From NCBI GenBank assembly GCA_964016885.1, contig OZ024750.1, forward strand, positions 24,118,001-24,182,000: DNA of 64,000 bases. Reading direction: 5' to 3'. Positions 12,904-26,281 of this stretch are shown piece by piece. The translations under genes were made by a program, and so were the position numbers. A model generated the notes under the pieces. That model had not been told where the DNA came from, searched no databases, and worked only from the letters and a program-made list of their open reading frames with translations. How positions within the stretch are numbered: position 1 is the first letter of the stretch; every line of letters begins with the position of its first letter. Source of the stretch: Eledone cirrhosa (Eukaryota).

Positions 12904-13717
12904 GTAGGTAAAACTAAAATATATATTGCTTCGTGAATATTTCTTTATGAAACCAACGATCTTTTTTTGTTGTTAGTGTAGTAAACTAAATAAAGGTGAA
13001 TTGTTGAAGGTGACAAATCGTATATAAAATATTCATATAATATATTATGAACAGCCATTCGTTCTTTTAGTTCTTACATATTGTCTAACAAATATTTCTT
13101 TCAATGACGTTATTGCATAATATATATTTTTGTTATCAGTTACATGCACCTGGCCCTCCAATACATTCATTTAATGTTATATTTCAACACGATAAACAAA
13201 CTTCTATCGATTTTTGGTTGAAGTTAGATCGATTGTTAAAAAGAATAAGGAAATTTACTACTTGTATACTGTACTTGTCAAAACAAATCCAAAGAGAACT
13301 ACGTTTTTAGTTGTCTCTTAAATAATATAAATAGTATTAAGTCAATGAAATCTAATTTAACAAATAACTTCAACGTTTCAGGAGCTGAAATTGGATATCA
13401 ATCAACTTGTTGATACAGACTGAGTATACCGTCTAGATTTTGTATCATAGCTACAAGGTGACTTGAGGGAGATTTAGCACATATTTTCAACAGGTTGGTT
13501 GATTATGTTGCCTGACATTGAAGTTCAATAGTCAACATACCAATAGTTGTTATTGTTTAGTCCCAGGTTAACCCTGTTATGTGGACCTAGCGCCAGACAC
13601 CATGCTTTGCAGCTTAAAATTATGGCCCTTTACGTCCTGAGTTCTTACGTGGTCGATAAAATAAAGTACCAGTAATGCACTGAGGTAATTGCTGGCCTTG
13701 TGCCAAAAGTAGAAACA

Positions 13718-14010
13718 ATTATTGTTTAGTCCCTGGTTAGCCCTGTTATGTGGACTTTTCGTTATTGTTTAGTTCCGGGTTAACCCTGTTTTGTAGACCT
13801 CATTATTATTTAGTCCCAGGTTAGCCGTGTTATGTGGACTTCTCGTTATTGTTTAGTCCCAGATTAGCCCTGTTATGTGGACCTTTCATTAATGTTTAGT
13901 CCCAGGTTAGCCCTGTATTGTGGACCTCTCATTATTTTTTAGTCCCAGGTTAGCCCTGTTTTGTGGACCTCATTGTTTAGTCCCAGGTTAGCCCTGTTTT
14001 GTGGACCTCC
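13718..14010. repeat. Minisatellite, ~41-43-bp unit
   Basis: TTGTTTAGTCCCAGGTTAGCCCTGTTATGTGGACCT... about 7 copies, plus one copy at about 13550 separated by a SINE. Confidence 0.9.
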
Positions 14011-14549
14011 CATCAAAAACATTCCAACTTTCATTATGCCTTTTTTTTTGTACATCCACGACTACATTATCAAATATTCTATTTTTACAGCAGCAGGGTG
14101 TTTTGCTTTTGTTTTTAAAGGAAATTTGGCTGATCTTTTTAGCAGTTTGAATGACCACATATATACATAGACTCCTCAAACTATTAGAATGGGTAATGTG
14201 AGGGTTTTATGTCATAGATTATCAACATTTCAACCTGGTTGTTTATGCCAACTAAGAGACATGGTCCCTGAATCTAATGATTGAATTGTAGTGTATCATC
14301 ATTTTACATCTGTTTTTCCCTGCTTGCAAGGGTGGGACAAACAAAAGCATATATTATACTTTATTCCTTTCTTTTGGGGACATCTTGCTTGTCTTGTAAT
14401 CTTCATCCAATCAAATCCAAATATATGTATCTGTTATTGCAAATGATAATGGGAAATGGGAAACATAAATTTGCTTACCTTGCTGGTCCTGCTCTAATCA
14501 TCACTCTTATCTTGTGGCATAAATCTAGGAAATGCTACCTACCCAGTCT

Positions 14550-15990
14550 CTTCATTGTCCACTTATTCTTGGGTGGGTTGTGGGGGAAGTCCTGAAACCC
14601 TCCTTCCAGGTTCTGTCAGAAGCAACCGGCTGGATCCCCAAGCGAGACCAAATGAGCTCATGGATGTTATCCAACCATCTTGTTTGGGACTATCCCTGAG
14701 TCCTCTGGCAGTTAGTTTTGTCCCTAAAATCTGTCCAACGATTCTTTCCTGAGACATTCTAACCACATGCCCATAGTATCGAAGCTGTGATTTCTCAATT
14801 CGGAGAAGTAGCAGCTCTAATCTCCGAGCTACACACTCTATCAAGTAATGTTACTCCAAAGATCCTTCAGAGGAATGCCATTTTGACCACTTATATTCAC
14901 AATAGTATTCTTTCTTGAGTGGAAAATCAGAGCTGTGGCCTCTCAATTCGGAGAAGTAGCAACTCTGATCTCTGAGCTCAGCACTCTATTGAGTAACATT
15001 ACTCCAAAGACACTTCAGAAGAATCCCATTTCGGACATTTGTAAATAAGATTAAATTCTTTCTGTCATTACCCAAGATTCATGACCATAGGTAAGGGTTG
15101 GCATGAATACCGAATTGAAGGTAGCGAGTTTGCCTACCTCCCTTCTGAATGTTGAAGCTGACACATTACTGCACCAGCTCCTGCAATTCTTGCACTTAAT
15201 TCAGCCTCCTGTCTCGTGAACATGGCCCCTAAATAATTGAACTTCACCACATGCTTTAGTGGAACTTCACTCACATGTAGAGTGTACTACACAAGCATCC
15301 TTGCAAGGATGAGTATCTCAGTCTTCGCAGCATTGATTGTCATTCTAGTTGTGCAGCACTCAGCATCTAACCTATCAAGTGTATATCAGAAATCACCTTC
15401 TGATGAGTTAAGTAATACCATGTCTGCAAATTCCAGCTGACTGATCCTACATTTGCCAGTCTTGATACAACATCCAACCTGATTGCGCATGTCAATCCTA
15501 TTCATGAAGATTATGAACAGGAGAGTGACAATATGCAACCTTGGTGGTGTCCGACTCCTACATTGAATGGTTTCAATTCAGCACCATTTATCCGAACACA
15601 AATACTCAGGCATTCGTATAGAGACATCAGGGCAGCAAGAAGCTGTCAACCGATCCCATACTCCTGCAAACCTTCCACAGCAGGTCCCATGGAACATGGT
15701 CATACACCTTTTCGAGGTCTACAAAGCAAGACTACATCTCTTGGCAGTATTTCCACAATTTTTCAAAGACCTGCCATATTATGAATATTTTGTTGGCTGT
15801 GCTATATCCAGGGCAAAAACCACACTGTTCATCAGCTAACTTGGAGTCGACAATCTTCCTACATCACATTGCCAGTCACTTAGTATAGACTGTACCGAGG
15901 AGGCTTAACAAGGAGATCCCTCTATAATTGGAGCAATCTCTCTTGTCGCCATTTTTTAAAATTGGGATTATCACTTCTGATTGTCATTGC
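14550..15990 (-). mobile_element. Degenerate RTE LINE in the NDUFB3 intron
   Basis: Minus-strand RT remnants (GHHQGCILSLLLFIIFM, IEKSQLRYYGHVVRM); same family as 2880 and 48760. Confidence 0.8.
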
Positions 15991-16435
15991 TTAAGTGTCT
16001 TTCCAGACATCCAGGTCACCCAGCACACATCTCCAAGACACTTTAAGTATCTTTCTAGATTTAGCTAAAATCATTGTATAATAGAAATAATATTCAAATA
16101 TCTCCCCACCTTACAGTTTAATCTTCTAGGTGCTACAGGTGCACTATGTCATCAATAGAGTAATCTCCCCTTAATACATAATGCATTTTCAAGGGAAGCA
16201 ATTCATAAAAAATTTCTAGCATGCTAAAGGTTAAACAAATCTATAGACCATAGATTATCAAATATAGCATTCAGTGTTTGTTTTATGTACTGCAAAGTTA
16301 TGAAAGCTGATTCAACTTCTGTGAAACATTTCACAAATTTCACATTAGTCTAAACCTAGAGATAATATTCTAAATCAGATATTTATAAAGAAATTACATT
16401 GAACTATGTTAAATGGATGTTAATTATCTTTTCAG

Positions 16436-16604
16436 AAATGAAGTGTGGCGTTACCATACAAAGAACTGGTCTCCTCTTTACACGAACATAAAGAATTCTG
16501 CCTTACGTGGTTTTAAATATGCATTTGCTGCAATGGTTGTTACTGCCTTGGCTGACAAACTTTACCAGAAATATGGACCCGAAAAAGAGGAATCACATCA
16601 CTAG
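16436..16604 (+). CDS. NDUFB3: NDUFB3 coding exon 2
   Basis: ttttcag acceptor. Phase-2 junction completes R-NEVWRY...RGFKYAFAAMVVTALAD...ESHH*, with one TM segment. AATAAA at about 16620 and 16700. Confidence 0.93.
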
Positions 16605-17149
16605 TAATGAACTTTGAACAATAAAACTTAATTTTATTCAAACCCTCTTTAGTAAAGAGGTGTCCAGACATACACTTCAACTGATATGTACTGATCTAAA
16701 ATAAAATAGTAAACATTTATCTTTAGATTTTGTTTTTACTTGAAATTTTTTGTTTTAAAATAATTTATCTTTCAGCTGCTGAACTGTAATAATTCTTTCT
16801 AACATTGGCACAAGTTGATTATATTGACCCAAGTAGTTAACTGGTACTTTATTTTATTAATCTTGGCAGGATGAAAGGCAAAGTTGACCGTGGCAGAATT
16901 TGAACTCAGATTGTAAAGAGCAGGAACAAATGCCGCAAAACATTTTATCCAACATTCTGCCAATCCACATCTACTACAACAACAACAAGATCTGGCTCAA
17001 TTTTCAGTTTTAGGGCAAGATGTTTTAAATGTTTTAAATTAAGATATTTTAGATAATTCTTCCTCAAGTTTAGTTGATCTAAAATGATTTTTAATACACT
17101 ACAAATTTGTAAATATTATTGTTATCTCGAAGGGGATTGGGAAATATCC

Positions 17150-17258
17150 ACAGTTATATAGGTACTGAATACGTTAGTAGAGATTAAGCTAAATTATATT
17201 TATAGAAATGACTTCTACAGGACTAGAACTGTTTCTTTTGTATGAAATCATCAGTAAT
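17150..17258 (-). mobile_element. Second copy of the 36795 hammerhead-like family
   Basis: Reverse complement reads CTGATGATTTCATACAAAAGAAACAGTTCTAGTCCTGTAGAAGTCATT, homologous to 36795-36842. Confidence 0.55.
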
Positions 17259-17392
17259 TTCAAATAAAAATGGTCCGATTTGTTATTTATAGGCTTCTTT
17301 GGGATAGATGTTGCGAGGGGGGGGGGGAGTATGAAGAAAGATTAGGGAGGCGGTGGAGAAGATAAGATAATGTTTAGGCTTATTATTATCTC

Positions 17393-17583
17393 AGGTAGTG
17401 GATTGGCAGTATCGGTAGAGAGTCAGACGCCATGCTTTCCAGCATAGAGTTACCTCCCTTTATGGACAGTTCAAATCCCGCGGAGTTTAACTTTGCCTTT
17501 CATCCTTACGGGGTCGATAAAATAAAGTACCAGTAATGTACTGGGTTATTGCTGGCCTTGTGCCAAAAGTAGAAACAATTATT
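17393..17583 (+). mobile_element. SINE S2
   Basis: Matches S2 consensus. Further copies at about 13590, 16790(-), 21553, 32008, 35640, 47020(-), 53650 and 57210. Confidence 0.8.
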
Positions 17584-17903
17584 ATCTCAGGTGAGCTGAG
17601 AGAAAACTTAAGTACAGGAGAAATTGATACTGGCATGATCATGTGATGTGTAAAGAGAGCAAGAATAAAAAAAAAGTCCCTAGTGATTGAAGCGGATGAA
17701 ACTTGTGGAAAAGTGAGAGCTAGAAGTTGTGAAGAGTTGAATTTCATGAAGGAGATGAGACAGCGCCAAGTGATAGGACACAACATAAAAGGTAAACATA
17801 AACAACCCATCCAAACCATGCCAGTGTGAATCTAAAATGATAATATGTGTGTATATATGTATAGAAAGCATATTAATATGCCATTATCTTACATATATAT
17901 ATA

Positions 17904-18270
17904 TCATCATTATTATCATCATCATTTTACGTCCGCTTTTCCCTGCTTGCAAGGGTGGGACGGTAACTGATTCTGGCTTGATTTCTACAGCTGGATGCCC
18001 TTCCTAACACCAACCTCATTTACAGTGAGTGCTGGGTGCTTTTTTTCCGTGGCGCCTACACGTCCACTTTACAGTGTGGGCTGGGTGCTTTTTTGCAGTG
18101 GAATGAAAGGGACCCCAGTCCTATCATCTCATTTCTACAGCTAAGTAAACTGGAGCAATGGGAAATAAAGTGTCTTGCTCAAGGAAACAACACATCACCC
18201 AGTCTGAGAATTGAACTCGCAACCTTTCGATTGCAAGGCCAATGCTCTAACCACTAAGCCATGTGCCTCC
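17904..18270 (-). mobile_element. SINE S1
   Basis: Reverse-complement copy of the 8856 element. Confidence 0.85.
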
Positions 18271-18358
18271 ATCATATATATATGTAAAAGGTAAGCAGGA
18301 ATAACAACAATCAGTACAGTATATATACAGTTAATGCTTGAACTAGCAGGAAGAGGGT

Positions 18359-18393
18359 CTTAACGTTTCAGACACTAGTCTTTCATGAGAAGA
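18359..18393 (-). ncRNA. Degenerate minimal hammerhead
   Basis: CUU-CUCAUGA-A-AGAC(UAGU)GUCU-GAAA-CG-UU-AAG: helices intact, one core substitution (G5>C). Confidence 0.5.
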
Positions 18394-18511
18394 AAGAATG
18401 AGAAATTAAAAAGATTGAAGGGATGGGCAGGGGAGAATCAGAAAAAATGTGAAACTAATAAGACGTTTTGTACCTCTGTTGTCTCCTTGAACTATATATA
18501 TGCAGACCACT

Positions 18512-18905
18512 ATAGTAGTCGTGTAGGTATCATGACAAAAGTGATCGCCCAGTCCACACTGTAAAGTGGTTGTGTAGGTGACATGGCAAAAAGCACCCAG
18601 TCTACACTGTAAAGTGGTCGTCTAAGTGTCACAACAAAAAGCACCCAGTTCACACTGTAAAGTGGTTGTGTCGGCGACATGGCAAAAGGTACCCATTCCA
18701 CACTGTAAAGTGGTCATCTAGGTGTCACGGCAAAAGGCACCCAGTCCACACTGTAGAGTGGTCGTGTAGGTGACAAGGCAAAAAGCACCCAGTCTACACT
18801 GTAGAGTGATCGTGTAGGTGACATGCAAAAAGCACCCAGTCTACACTGTAAAGTGGCTATGTAGGCAACACGCCAAAAAGCACCCAGCACACACTGTAAA
18901 TGTGG
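18512..18905. repeat. Minisatellite, 48-bp unit derived from the RTE/SINE tail module
   Basis: AAAAAGCACCCAGTCCACACTGTAAAGTGGTCGTGTAGGTGACATGGC about 8 copies, running into the element's normal tail. Confidence 0.9.
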
Positions 18906-19071
18906 TTGGTGTTAGGAAGGGCATCCAGCCGTAGACACCAAGCTAAATCAGTTCTGTGTAAGCGAATGATGGTTCCTCGACCTGATCCCTCACAAAGGGA
19001 CAGCCTGTCCTACCCATGCTAGTGTGGAAGATGGACGTTAAACAATGATGATGATGGAAACTTCGGCATAA

Positions 19072-19148
<77 letters not shown>

Positions 19149-19269
19149 AGAGTGATTCTTATGGACTAGCTTTGTTTCTATCAGTTAAGAAAACATACTA
19201 TATACACATCCACATTACTGGGCCATTTGAATACTGCAATACTGCAACTTCGTTTAGAGGAGGGATATC

Positions 19270-19628
19270 CATTACTGACATACATATGGTTGAAGGCCCC
19301 ACTCGGTCATGAATGACCATGGAATTTACACCTAGAAAGTTCCCCTGAGGCACAAGCCTGGGCAAGGTTTGTTTTGTGGAAGACCAGTAGTTGCCCATGC
19401 ATACCAGCCTCCCCTCTCTACGCCACCGATGTTGTCCAAGGGAAAGACAATGACCAATACAGCTTGGCACCAGTGACATTGCAACTCATTTCTACAGCTG
19501 AGTAAACTGGAGCAACGTGAAATAAAGTGCCTTGCTCAAGGACACAATGCATCACCTAATCCGAGATCAAACTCACAACCTCTCAATTGCAAGCCCAATG
19601 CGCTAACCACTAAGCCATGCATCTTCAC
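19270..19628 (-). mobile_element. SINE S1 variant
   Basis: Reverse homologue of 59043-59355. Confidence 0.75.
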
Positions 19629-20165
19629 TTGATATAGATATGGAGAAATATTATGTAACATTTGCCTTGAATAGATTAAACTAGATCTCAGCTTTATGCT
19701 CGGATGATTTTCTCACACTTTATCTAAATTAGCTGAAGTTGTCTAGCCAAACTATTTTAGATACATTTTCCAAAATTGCTTTGAAAGTGGTTAGCTGCTT
19801 CATTCAAAAACATGGAAGAAAGTATAATATGTCCTATTCAGAAGAGTAAATGATAAACATTTTCTTTTTGAATTCATTTCTTAACAAAAACAAGAGGCAA
19901 CTGTTTACAGAGAAACTGGTTACATGATATTCAACATGGTCTCCAACCCAGTTAAAATTGCCCCAGGTAAGCCAGATCAATAATGAAAAATCACTTCAGT
20001 TCAGGCCATCACTTCTCTCTTTTCAGACACAGTGTATGCAGGGTTACGTTATCCAATGTATCCTTTCTTTTTTTAAGATGGTAAGATAGGATTTAAGGGA
20101 GTTGATGATTATTTTTAGTAGATCAGCCAATAATATTGAGATTCCATTACTGGTAGGAGAGTTGT

Positions 20166-20363
20166 TTAACCATTTAGCATTTACATTATATATACTATTG
20201 TATTTTCTCAGTGAACACCTTATCTCACATAATATCAAATCTATGAGATTTTGGTATTCATTTTGAGAACAATACATTAACATCAGTATGAGCGGCTAAT
20301 TACAGCCAGTTTGAACTGAAAGAGGGGAGAGAATTCTGGTCGGTTTAAATGTTAAAGGCTTAA
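20166..20363. mobile_element. piggyBac-type MITE (reverse)
   Basis: Same family. Confidence 0.8.
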
Positions 20364-20389
20364 TTTTAAGAGATGTGTTAGGATATTAC

Positions 20390-21800
20390 TGCAGAAGAGA
20401 ATTATACTCTTGTAAAGTATCTCCATTTTAAGGAGGTGTGCCTCAAAGAACAGTTTTGATGTCACTACTATTTCTAATACCCAGCCAGTGTAGAAAGCAA
20501 GGGTGAACTTTCACTGATTCATCTTCCCCAACCAATATAGAGATGATGTAGTGACTGAAAAAAACATCCAGTAGATGATTTTAATGATTCAAAAATGAGG
20601 ACAACAGCCTGCTGAATGAATCAAGAGAAGGACACCCAAAAGAGCTGGATTCTGATATATTGGAAGCCACTGTTGATGTGAACCTAACTGTTACAGTTTA
20701 GGAATTAAGCACTTACTTCAATGTGAGCCATGTCATCATTCATAAGGAATTGAAAAGGCTTGGAAAAGTGTCAAAGGTTGGAAAATGGATTCCACATGAT
20801 CTCTCTGCAGACAATCACAATGTGTGATTGGATATGCGGGGAATAATTCATTATGAGCTGCTGGGCGTATAATCAAACAATAACAGCCAAAGTCTATTGC
20901 CAACAGCAAAGATGTTTCAAAACAGCTTTGCAGCTAAAACACCTGTAGTGACCTACATTCTGCGGGCTCACATACATCCTCTTCTACTGGCGTTGATTGG
21001 CTGAGCTGAGCCAAATCACGCACAGAGAATGTATGTGAGCCCGCGGAATGTAGGTCACTACAATCCTACATTCCGCGGGCTCACATACATTCTCTGTGCG
21101 TGATTTGGCTCAGCTCAGCCAATCAACGCCAGTAGAAGAGGATGTATGTGAGCCCGCAGAATGTAGGTCACTACACACTCATCATTAACAAACAAAAAAG
21201 GAGTTATCCTTCATCATGATAACACAAGACATCACATTTCACAAAAGACCAAAGATCTCAGAGAAAAACATGCCTGGGAAATTATGCTTCACTCACCATA
21301 TTCTTTGGATATTGCACCAACTGATTATCGTCTCTTTAAAAGTTTGCGAAATAATTTGAGTGGATTAAGACTTACTTCGAGAAGATGTCAAACATGAGTT
21401 AGTTTTCTTTTTTAGTTCAAAACCTACAGGATTTTATGAATGTGGCATTAACAGGTTTATTGACTGATGGAGAGAGGTCATAGAGAAGAATGCTGAATGA
21501 ATAAAGAGTAGGACACCATTAATGATTAAATAAATCTGATATTATGTTTTTTATCGGTAGAGCGTCGGACACCATCCTTTTCAGCATAGAGTTACGGCTG
21601 TTTACGGTCTGAGTTCAAATCCCACTGAGGTTAACTTTGCCTTTCATCCTTATGAGATCGATAAAATAAAGCACCGGTAACGTACTGAGGTCGATTTAAT
21701 CAACTTTCCCCTCCCCACAAATTACTGGCCTTGTGCCTATACTAGAAATCATTGTTTTATTGAGCTTAAAAACAGACAGAACTTTTATTACAACCTCATA
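20390..21800 (+). mobile_element. Mariner transposon fossil
   Basis: Degenerate GKWIPHDLS, GVILHHDN and HSPYSLDIAPTDYRLF motifs; TIR-like end at about 21770-21800. Interrupted by a palindromic insert and a SINE. Confidence 0.85.
20944..21175. mobile_element. Inverted dimer of a 119-bp TIR element inside the mariner
   Basis: Unit 20944-21062 has 34-bp TIRs (TGTAGTGACCTACATTCYGCGGGCTCACATACAT); it is followed by its reverse complement 21065-21175, which lacks the first 8 nt. Confidence 0.8.
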
Positions 21801-22483
21801 GGTAACGTCTCTGATTTATAATTGATTTCTATACATAGAAATTTGCATAATCTTTTCTTATTAAGCAAGAAACCTTTAAGGATTGATAACATCACATAAG
21901 TGGTGAAGGTAAGTATAATATTAGATTAAACCTTTATCAGTAAAGTTAAGGTCATAAAGTGTGGTAACATATTTAAGATTGAATTTTAGTTTTAAACATT
22001 ATTACATTATTTGATACTGATACATTAAAAGTACTGATTATTTTGTAAAATAGACTATTTAGTGCTTATCAAGCCAATGTCACCGTACAATACGCTAGAA
22101 ATAGCAGCTAAATTTCTCTGAAATCATACTCAATGACCTTAAAAGAGAATGACATATTGGATTATATAGTTTTAGATACACTATGCATGAAAGAAAAAAT
22201 GGGAACGTCATATTAGAAATGCTTTTGATCATATACTCAATCATGGCTGAATAGAAGTTGAACTTGGGGTGTATCAAATGTAGTGTTGAAACAAGCTGGA
22301 GTTCTACAAATATTTCTAGAGTGATAAAAGATTGTAATCTTAGAAAACTGATGCAATAAGAATTGACTTCTAAACTTATTGAGGGAAAAATCTACAAAGG
22401 TTATTGTTGGAATGCCTTCCTTCTCATTAAACCATAAGATAAAATAAAAAACATTATTATAGAAACAATTATTATAATTATAG

Positions 22484-23058
22484 GACGTCGATTGGCAGTA
22501 CCAGTACAGCGTTAGACGCCATGCTTTGCCGCATAGAGTTATGGCCCTTTGCGTTCTGAGTTCAAATCCCACTGATGTTAACTTTGCCTTTCATCCTTAC
22601 AAGGTCAATAAAATAAAGCACCAGTAATGCACTGGGGTAATTGCTGGCCTTGTGCCAAAACTAGAAACAATTATTAGGGCGATGGCTTGGCAGTATTGGT
22701 AGAGCATCAGACACCATGCTTTTCAGCATAGAGTTATAGCCCTTTACGCTCTAAGTTCAAATCCCGCTAGGTTAACTTTGTATTTCATCCTTACGGCAGT
22801 CAATAAAATAAAGTACCAGTAATGCACTGGGGTAATTGCTGGCCTTGTGCCAATAGTAGAAACAATTATTATAATGCAACCATGGAGGAGTCATTAGAAC
22901 CTTGGACAAATGCTTAACTGTATTTCTTCCAGCTCTTATATTCACAGTTCATTTTCTGAGGTTGATAAAATAAAGTACCAGTCAAATACTGGGGTCAATA
23001 TAATAAACTTTCCCTTTCCTCCCAATATTGTTGACCTTGTGCCTAAATTAGAAATCAT
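22484..23058 (+). mobile_element. Three tandem SINE S2 copies (Nin/Deu-like central domain)
   Basis: TGGCAGTATCGG A box, GAGTTCAAATCC B box, GCCTTTCATCCTTACGGGGTCGATAAAATAAAGTACC, tail GTAGAAAC(AAT/TAT)n. Confidence 0.8.
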
Positions 23059-23087
23059 TATAATGCAACTATGCTGCTATCAGCATT

Positions 23088-23301
23088 TTAACCCCTGAAC
23101 ATTTACATTACACTATATTTACTATTATATTTTCACGGTAAAGGCTTTACTTCACAAAATATCGAAACTATGAGATTTTGATATTGTTTATTTTGAGAAC
23201 AATACCTTAACATCAGTATGAGTAGTTGGTTACAGCCAGTTTGAACAGAAAGATGAGAAATTTCTGACCGGATACAGCTGATTTAAATGCTAAAGGGTTA
23301 A
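23088..23301. mobile_element. piggyBac-type MITE (reverse)
   Basis: Same family. Confidence 0.85.
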
Positions 23302-23402
23302 TAGGAAAGGATCAATTTGAAGAGTAAAATCTGGTGAATGAATGCATTTTGGAATTATCAAAATAAGGATAACAAATCAGGGCTGCATCCATTTACTTAA
23401 AG

Positions 23403-23862
23403 TGGATTAGGGACCACTGTGTTAAATTATATCTGTATGTCCTCCAATATGGATCAATGACCATTGTATTAGATTATATCTATGTCCTACAATAAGGATT
23501 AGGGACCACTGTGTTAGATTATATCTCTATGTCCTCCAATATGGATCAGGGACCACTGTATTAGATTATATCTGTATGTCCTCCAATAAGGATTAGGGAC
23601 TACTGTGTTAGATTATATCTCTATGTCCTCCAATATGGATTAGGGACCACTGTATTATATTATATCCTCCAATGTGGATTAGGGACCACTCTGTTAAATT
23701 ATATTTCTATATCCTCCAATATGGATCAGGGACCACTGTGTTAAATTAGATCTCTATTTCCTCCAATATGGATTAAGGACCACCGTGTTAAATTATATCT
23801 ATATTTCCTCCAATATGGATCAGGGACCACTGTGTTAAATTATATCTATATTTCCTCCAATA
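23403..23862. repeat. Minisatellite, ~46-47-bp unit
   Basis: GGATTAGGGACCACTGTGTTAGATTATATCTCTATGTCCTCCAATAT about 10 copies. Confidence 0.9.
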
Positions 23863-24544
23863 TCTTCTCAACACAAACAAATTTCAGATCTGATCTGTGA
23901 TATATAAAAGTAGTCTTTATGTATAAGTATTTTTCACTTATATCTATTTTTCATTTTCTTTACAACACTTCTTTTCTTCATAAGTGATGAGTATTTCAAC
24001 TGAGAGAAAAAACTTGCCCACATGATTCTTATACACATATTTACAATGTTTCTAAAACATTTTACCGACAAAATGCAATCATTTATTGTTGTTGTATTTT
24101 TTAACAATAGACTGAATTGTAATGGCAGAAAACAAAAGAGAATATTATTTTTAATGCAAACATTTGCCTTATTAAAGTTCTATTCTAATATGAGACTGTA
24201 AAATTAGAGTATTGATTGACCACATACTGCTGAGAAAAACATAAATCTCGAAATAAAGCTTTTATTTTGTTAAACTAGACACACACACAGACAGTGTCCT
24301 TGTGTAATGTTAATATAATGTTAGTGTGCATGACTAACAAACCACAAATGAGCTGAGAGAAAAGCTGAGTACAAAAGGAATTGGATGTAGTGTGCAAGGG
24401 AGATATGTGTAACATAAGGAGAATGAGAATTGTGTAAAGAAGTGCTGAGCACTTGTGGAAGAGAAAGCCTTAGGAAAACATGGGACAAGTTGTGAAGAAT
24501 GGCCTCAAGAAACGGAAGATGACAGGGTGTTGATGTCTAGTCCT

Positions 24545-24705
24545 CACCAGAGAAGACTTACTGTACTAAAGAGGACTCACTGTACTAGAGAAGACTCACT
24601 GTACTAGAGAAGACTCACTGTATTTGAGAAGACTCAATATACCAGAGAGGACTCACTGTAATAGAGAAAACTCACTGTACTAAAGAGGACTCACTGTACT
24701 AGAGA
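24545..24705. repeat. Minisatellite, 19-bp unit
   Basis: AGAGAAGACTCACTGTACT about 8 copies, at the 3' end of an old RTE fragment. Confidence 0.85.
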
Positions 24706-25328
24706 ACACCCTCTCATCACTGTTTTTTTTGTTTTGAACCATTTCTGCTTCATATTTGAAAAGAGGGTAATAGCTCTGAAATATCATGTTGATATATATA
24801 TTGGGTAAAACATTACTTGATTTTGTTTTATTTGCCATCCTTTGCCCTTTATATATTTCTACCACGTTGTACCAGATTTTTGAAACTTATCAATCATTAA
24901 TTAAAATAAATATGTTGAGAAATTGGAGATTTCAAGCGTTGGGGTTCATGCTAATATATACTCAGTCAAGTGATTGAATTGTCAGGACTTGACAATCTCT
25001 CTGCCATGATAAAATACACTCAGTAACCTTGTAAAGTGGTTGATATTATGAAGAGTATTTAGCCACTGAAACCATACCAAAATATGGAACCTATGAGTAA
25101 GATGTAGTTCTCCAACCCATCTAATTTTGGACTATGATGACCTGTCCAAATAATGCCTCCATAGAAAGTGGACATAAATTGATGATGATGAAATATACCA
25201 CAATCATCATCTCTGCTCATGCACCATGATTGGGACTGACCAATGAGCAAAAGGATCATTTCTATGAGGACTTATTGAGACTACTTCAATGTCAAGTGTC
25301 AATGACTTCAGCATCATGACTGGCAGCT

Positions 25329-26281
25329 TTAACCCTTTAGCATTTACATTACTATATATTTACTATTGTATTTTTGTGGTAAAGGCTTTACCTCACATAA
25401 TACCGTACCTATGAGATTTTTATATTATTTATTTTGAGAACAATACCATAACATCAATATGAGTGGTCAGTTACGGCTGGTTTAAACAGGAAGAGGTAAG
25501 AGAATTTTGGCCAGATAAGGCCGGTTAAAATGCTAAAGGGTTAACAGACTTGTTGAGCAACACCAAGATGGCTACTTTGGAGCTCATGGCAGAAATGGGT
25601 ATTTTCTGAGATATTGAAGAGGGACCAAGATTCCTGGAGTCCTGGCATTAATGCAGGCCAGATTAACTTCATTCTTACCATAAACCAGAATTAGGTTTTC
25701 ACCCCACCACAAATTTACAGACGTTCAGACTGAACATCAATTTTACCAATCTCTCAAATTGAGGAGGGTCTGTGAATGTCAATAGCACAGCCCATTCCTC
25801 CTGATTAACCCTTTAGCATTTAAACCAGCTGTATCCGGTCAGAATTCTCTCACCTCTTTCTGTTCCAACTGGCTGTAACTGGCCACTCATTGTTAAGGCA
25901 TTGTTCTCAAAATAAATAACATAAAAATCTCATAGATTCTATATTATGTGAGATAAAGTCTTTACTATGAAAATACAATAGTATATATAGAATAATGTAA
26001 ATACTAAAGAGTTAAACATTAAAAAATATGAGGCTTACTGAATGATATCTAATCTGCCTACTGTTAACCCTTTAGCATTCACATTACTCTATATATAGTA
26101 TTATATTTTCATGGTAAAGGCTTTACCTCACATAATTATCTCACATAATATCGAATCTATGAGATTTTGAAAGTATTTATTTTGAGAACAATACCTTAAC
26201 ATCAGTTTGAGGGGCCGGTTACAGCCAGTTTCAACAGAAAGAGGTAGAGAATTCTGGCCGGTTTGAACACTAAAGGGTTAA
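25329..26281. mobile_element. Three piggyBac-type MITEs in alternating orientation (25329-25544, 25805-26015, 26064-26281)
   Basis: Each has TTAA flanks and TIRs. Confidence 0.88.

Noticed and set aside
23403-23862. Regular repeats resembling a CRISPR array (also 13718, 18512, 41482, 60897)
   Set aside because: Units are contiguous with no unique spacers and no cas genes, in a eukaryotic context; these are minisatellites.
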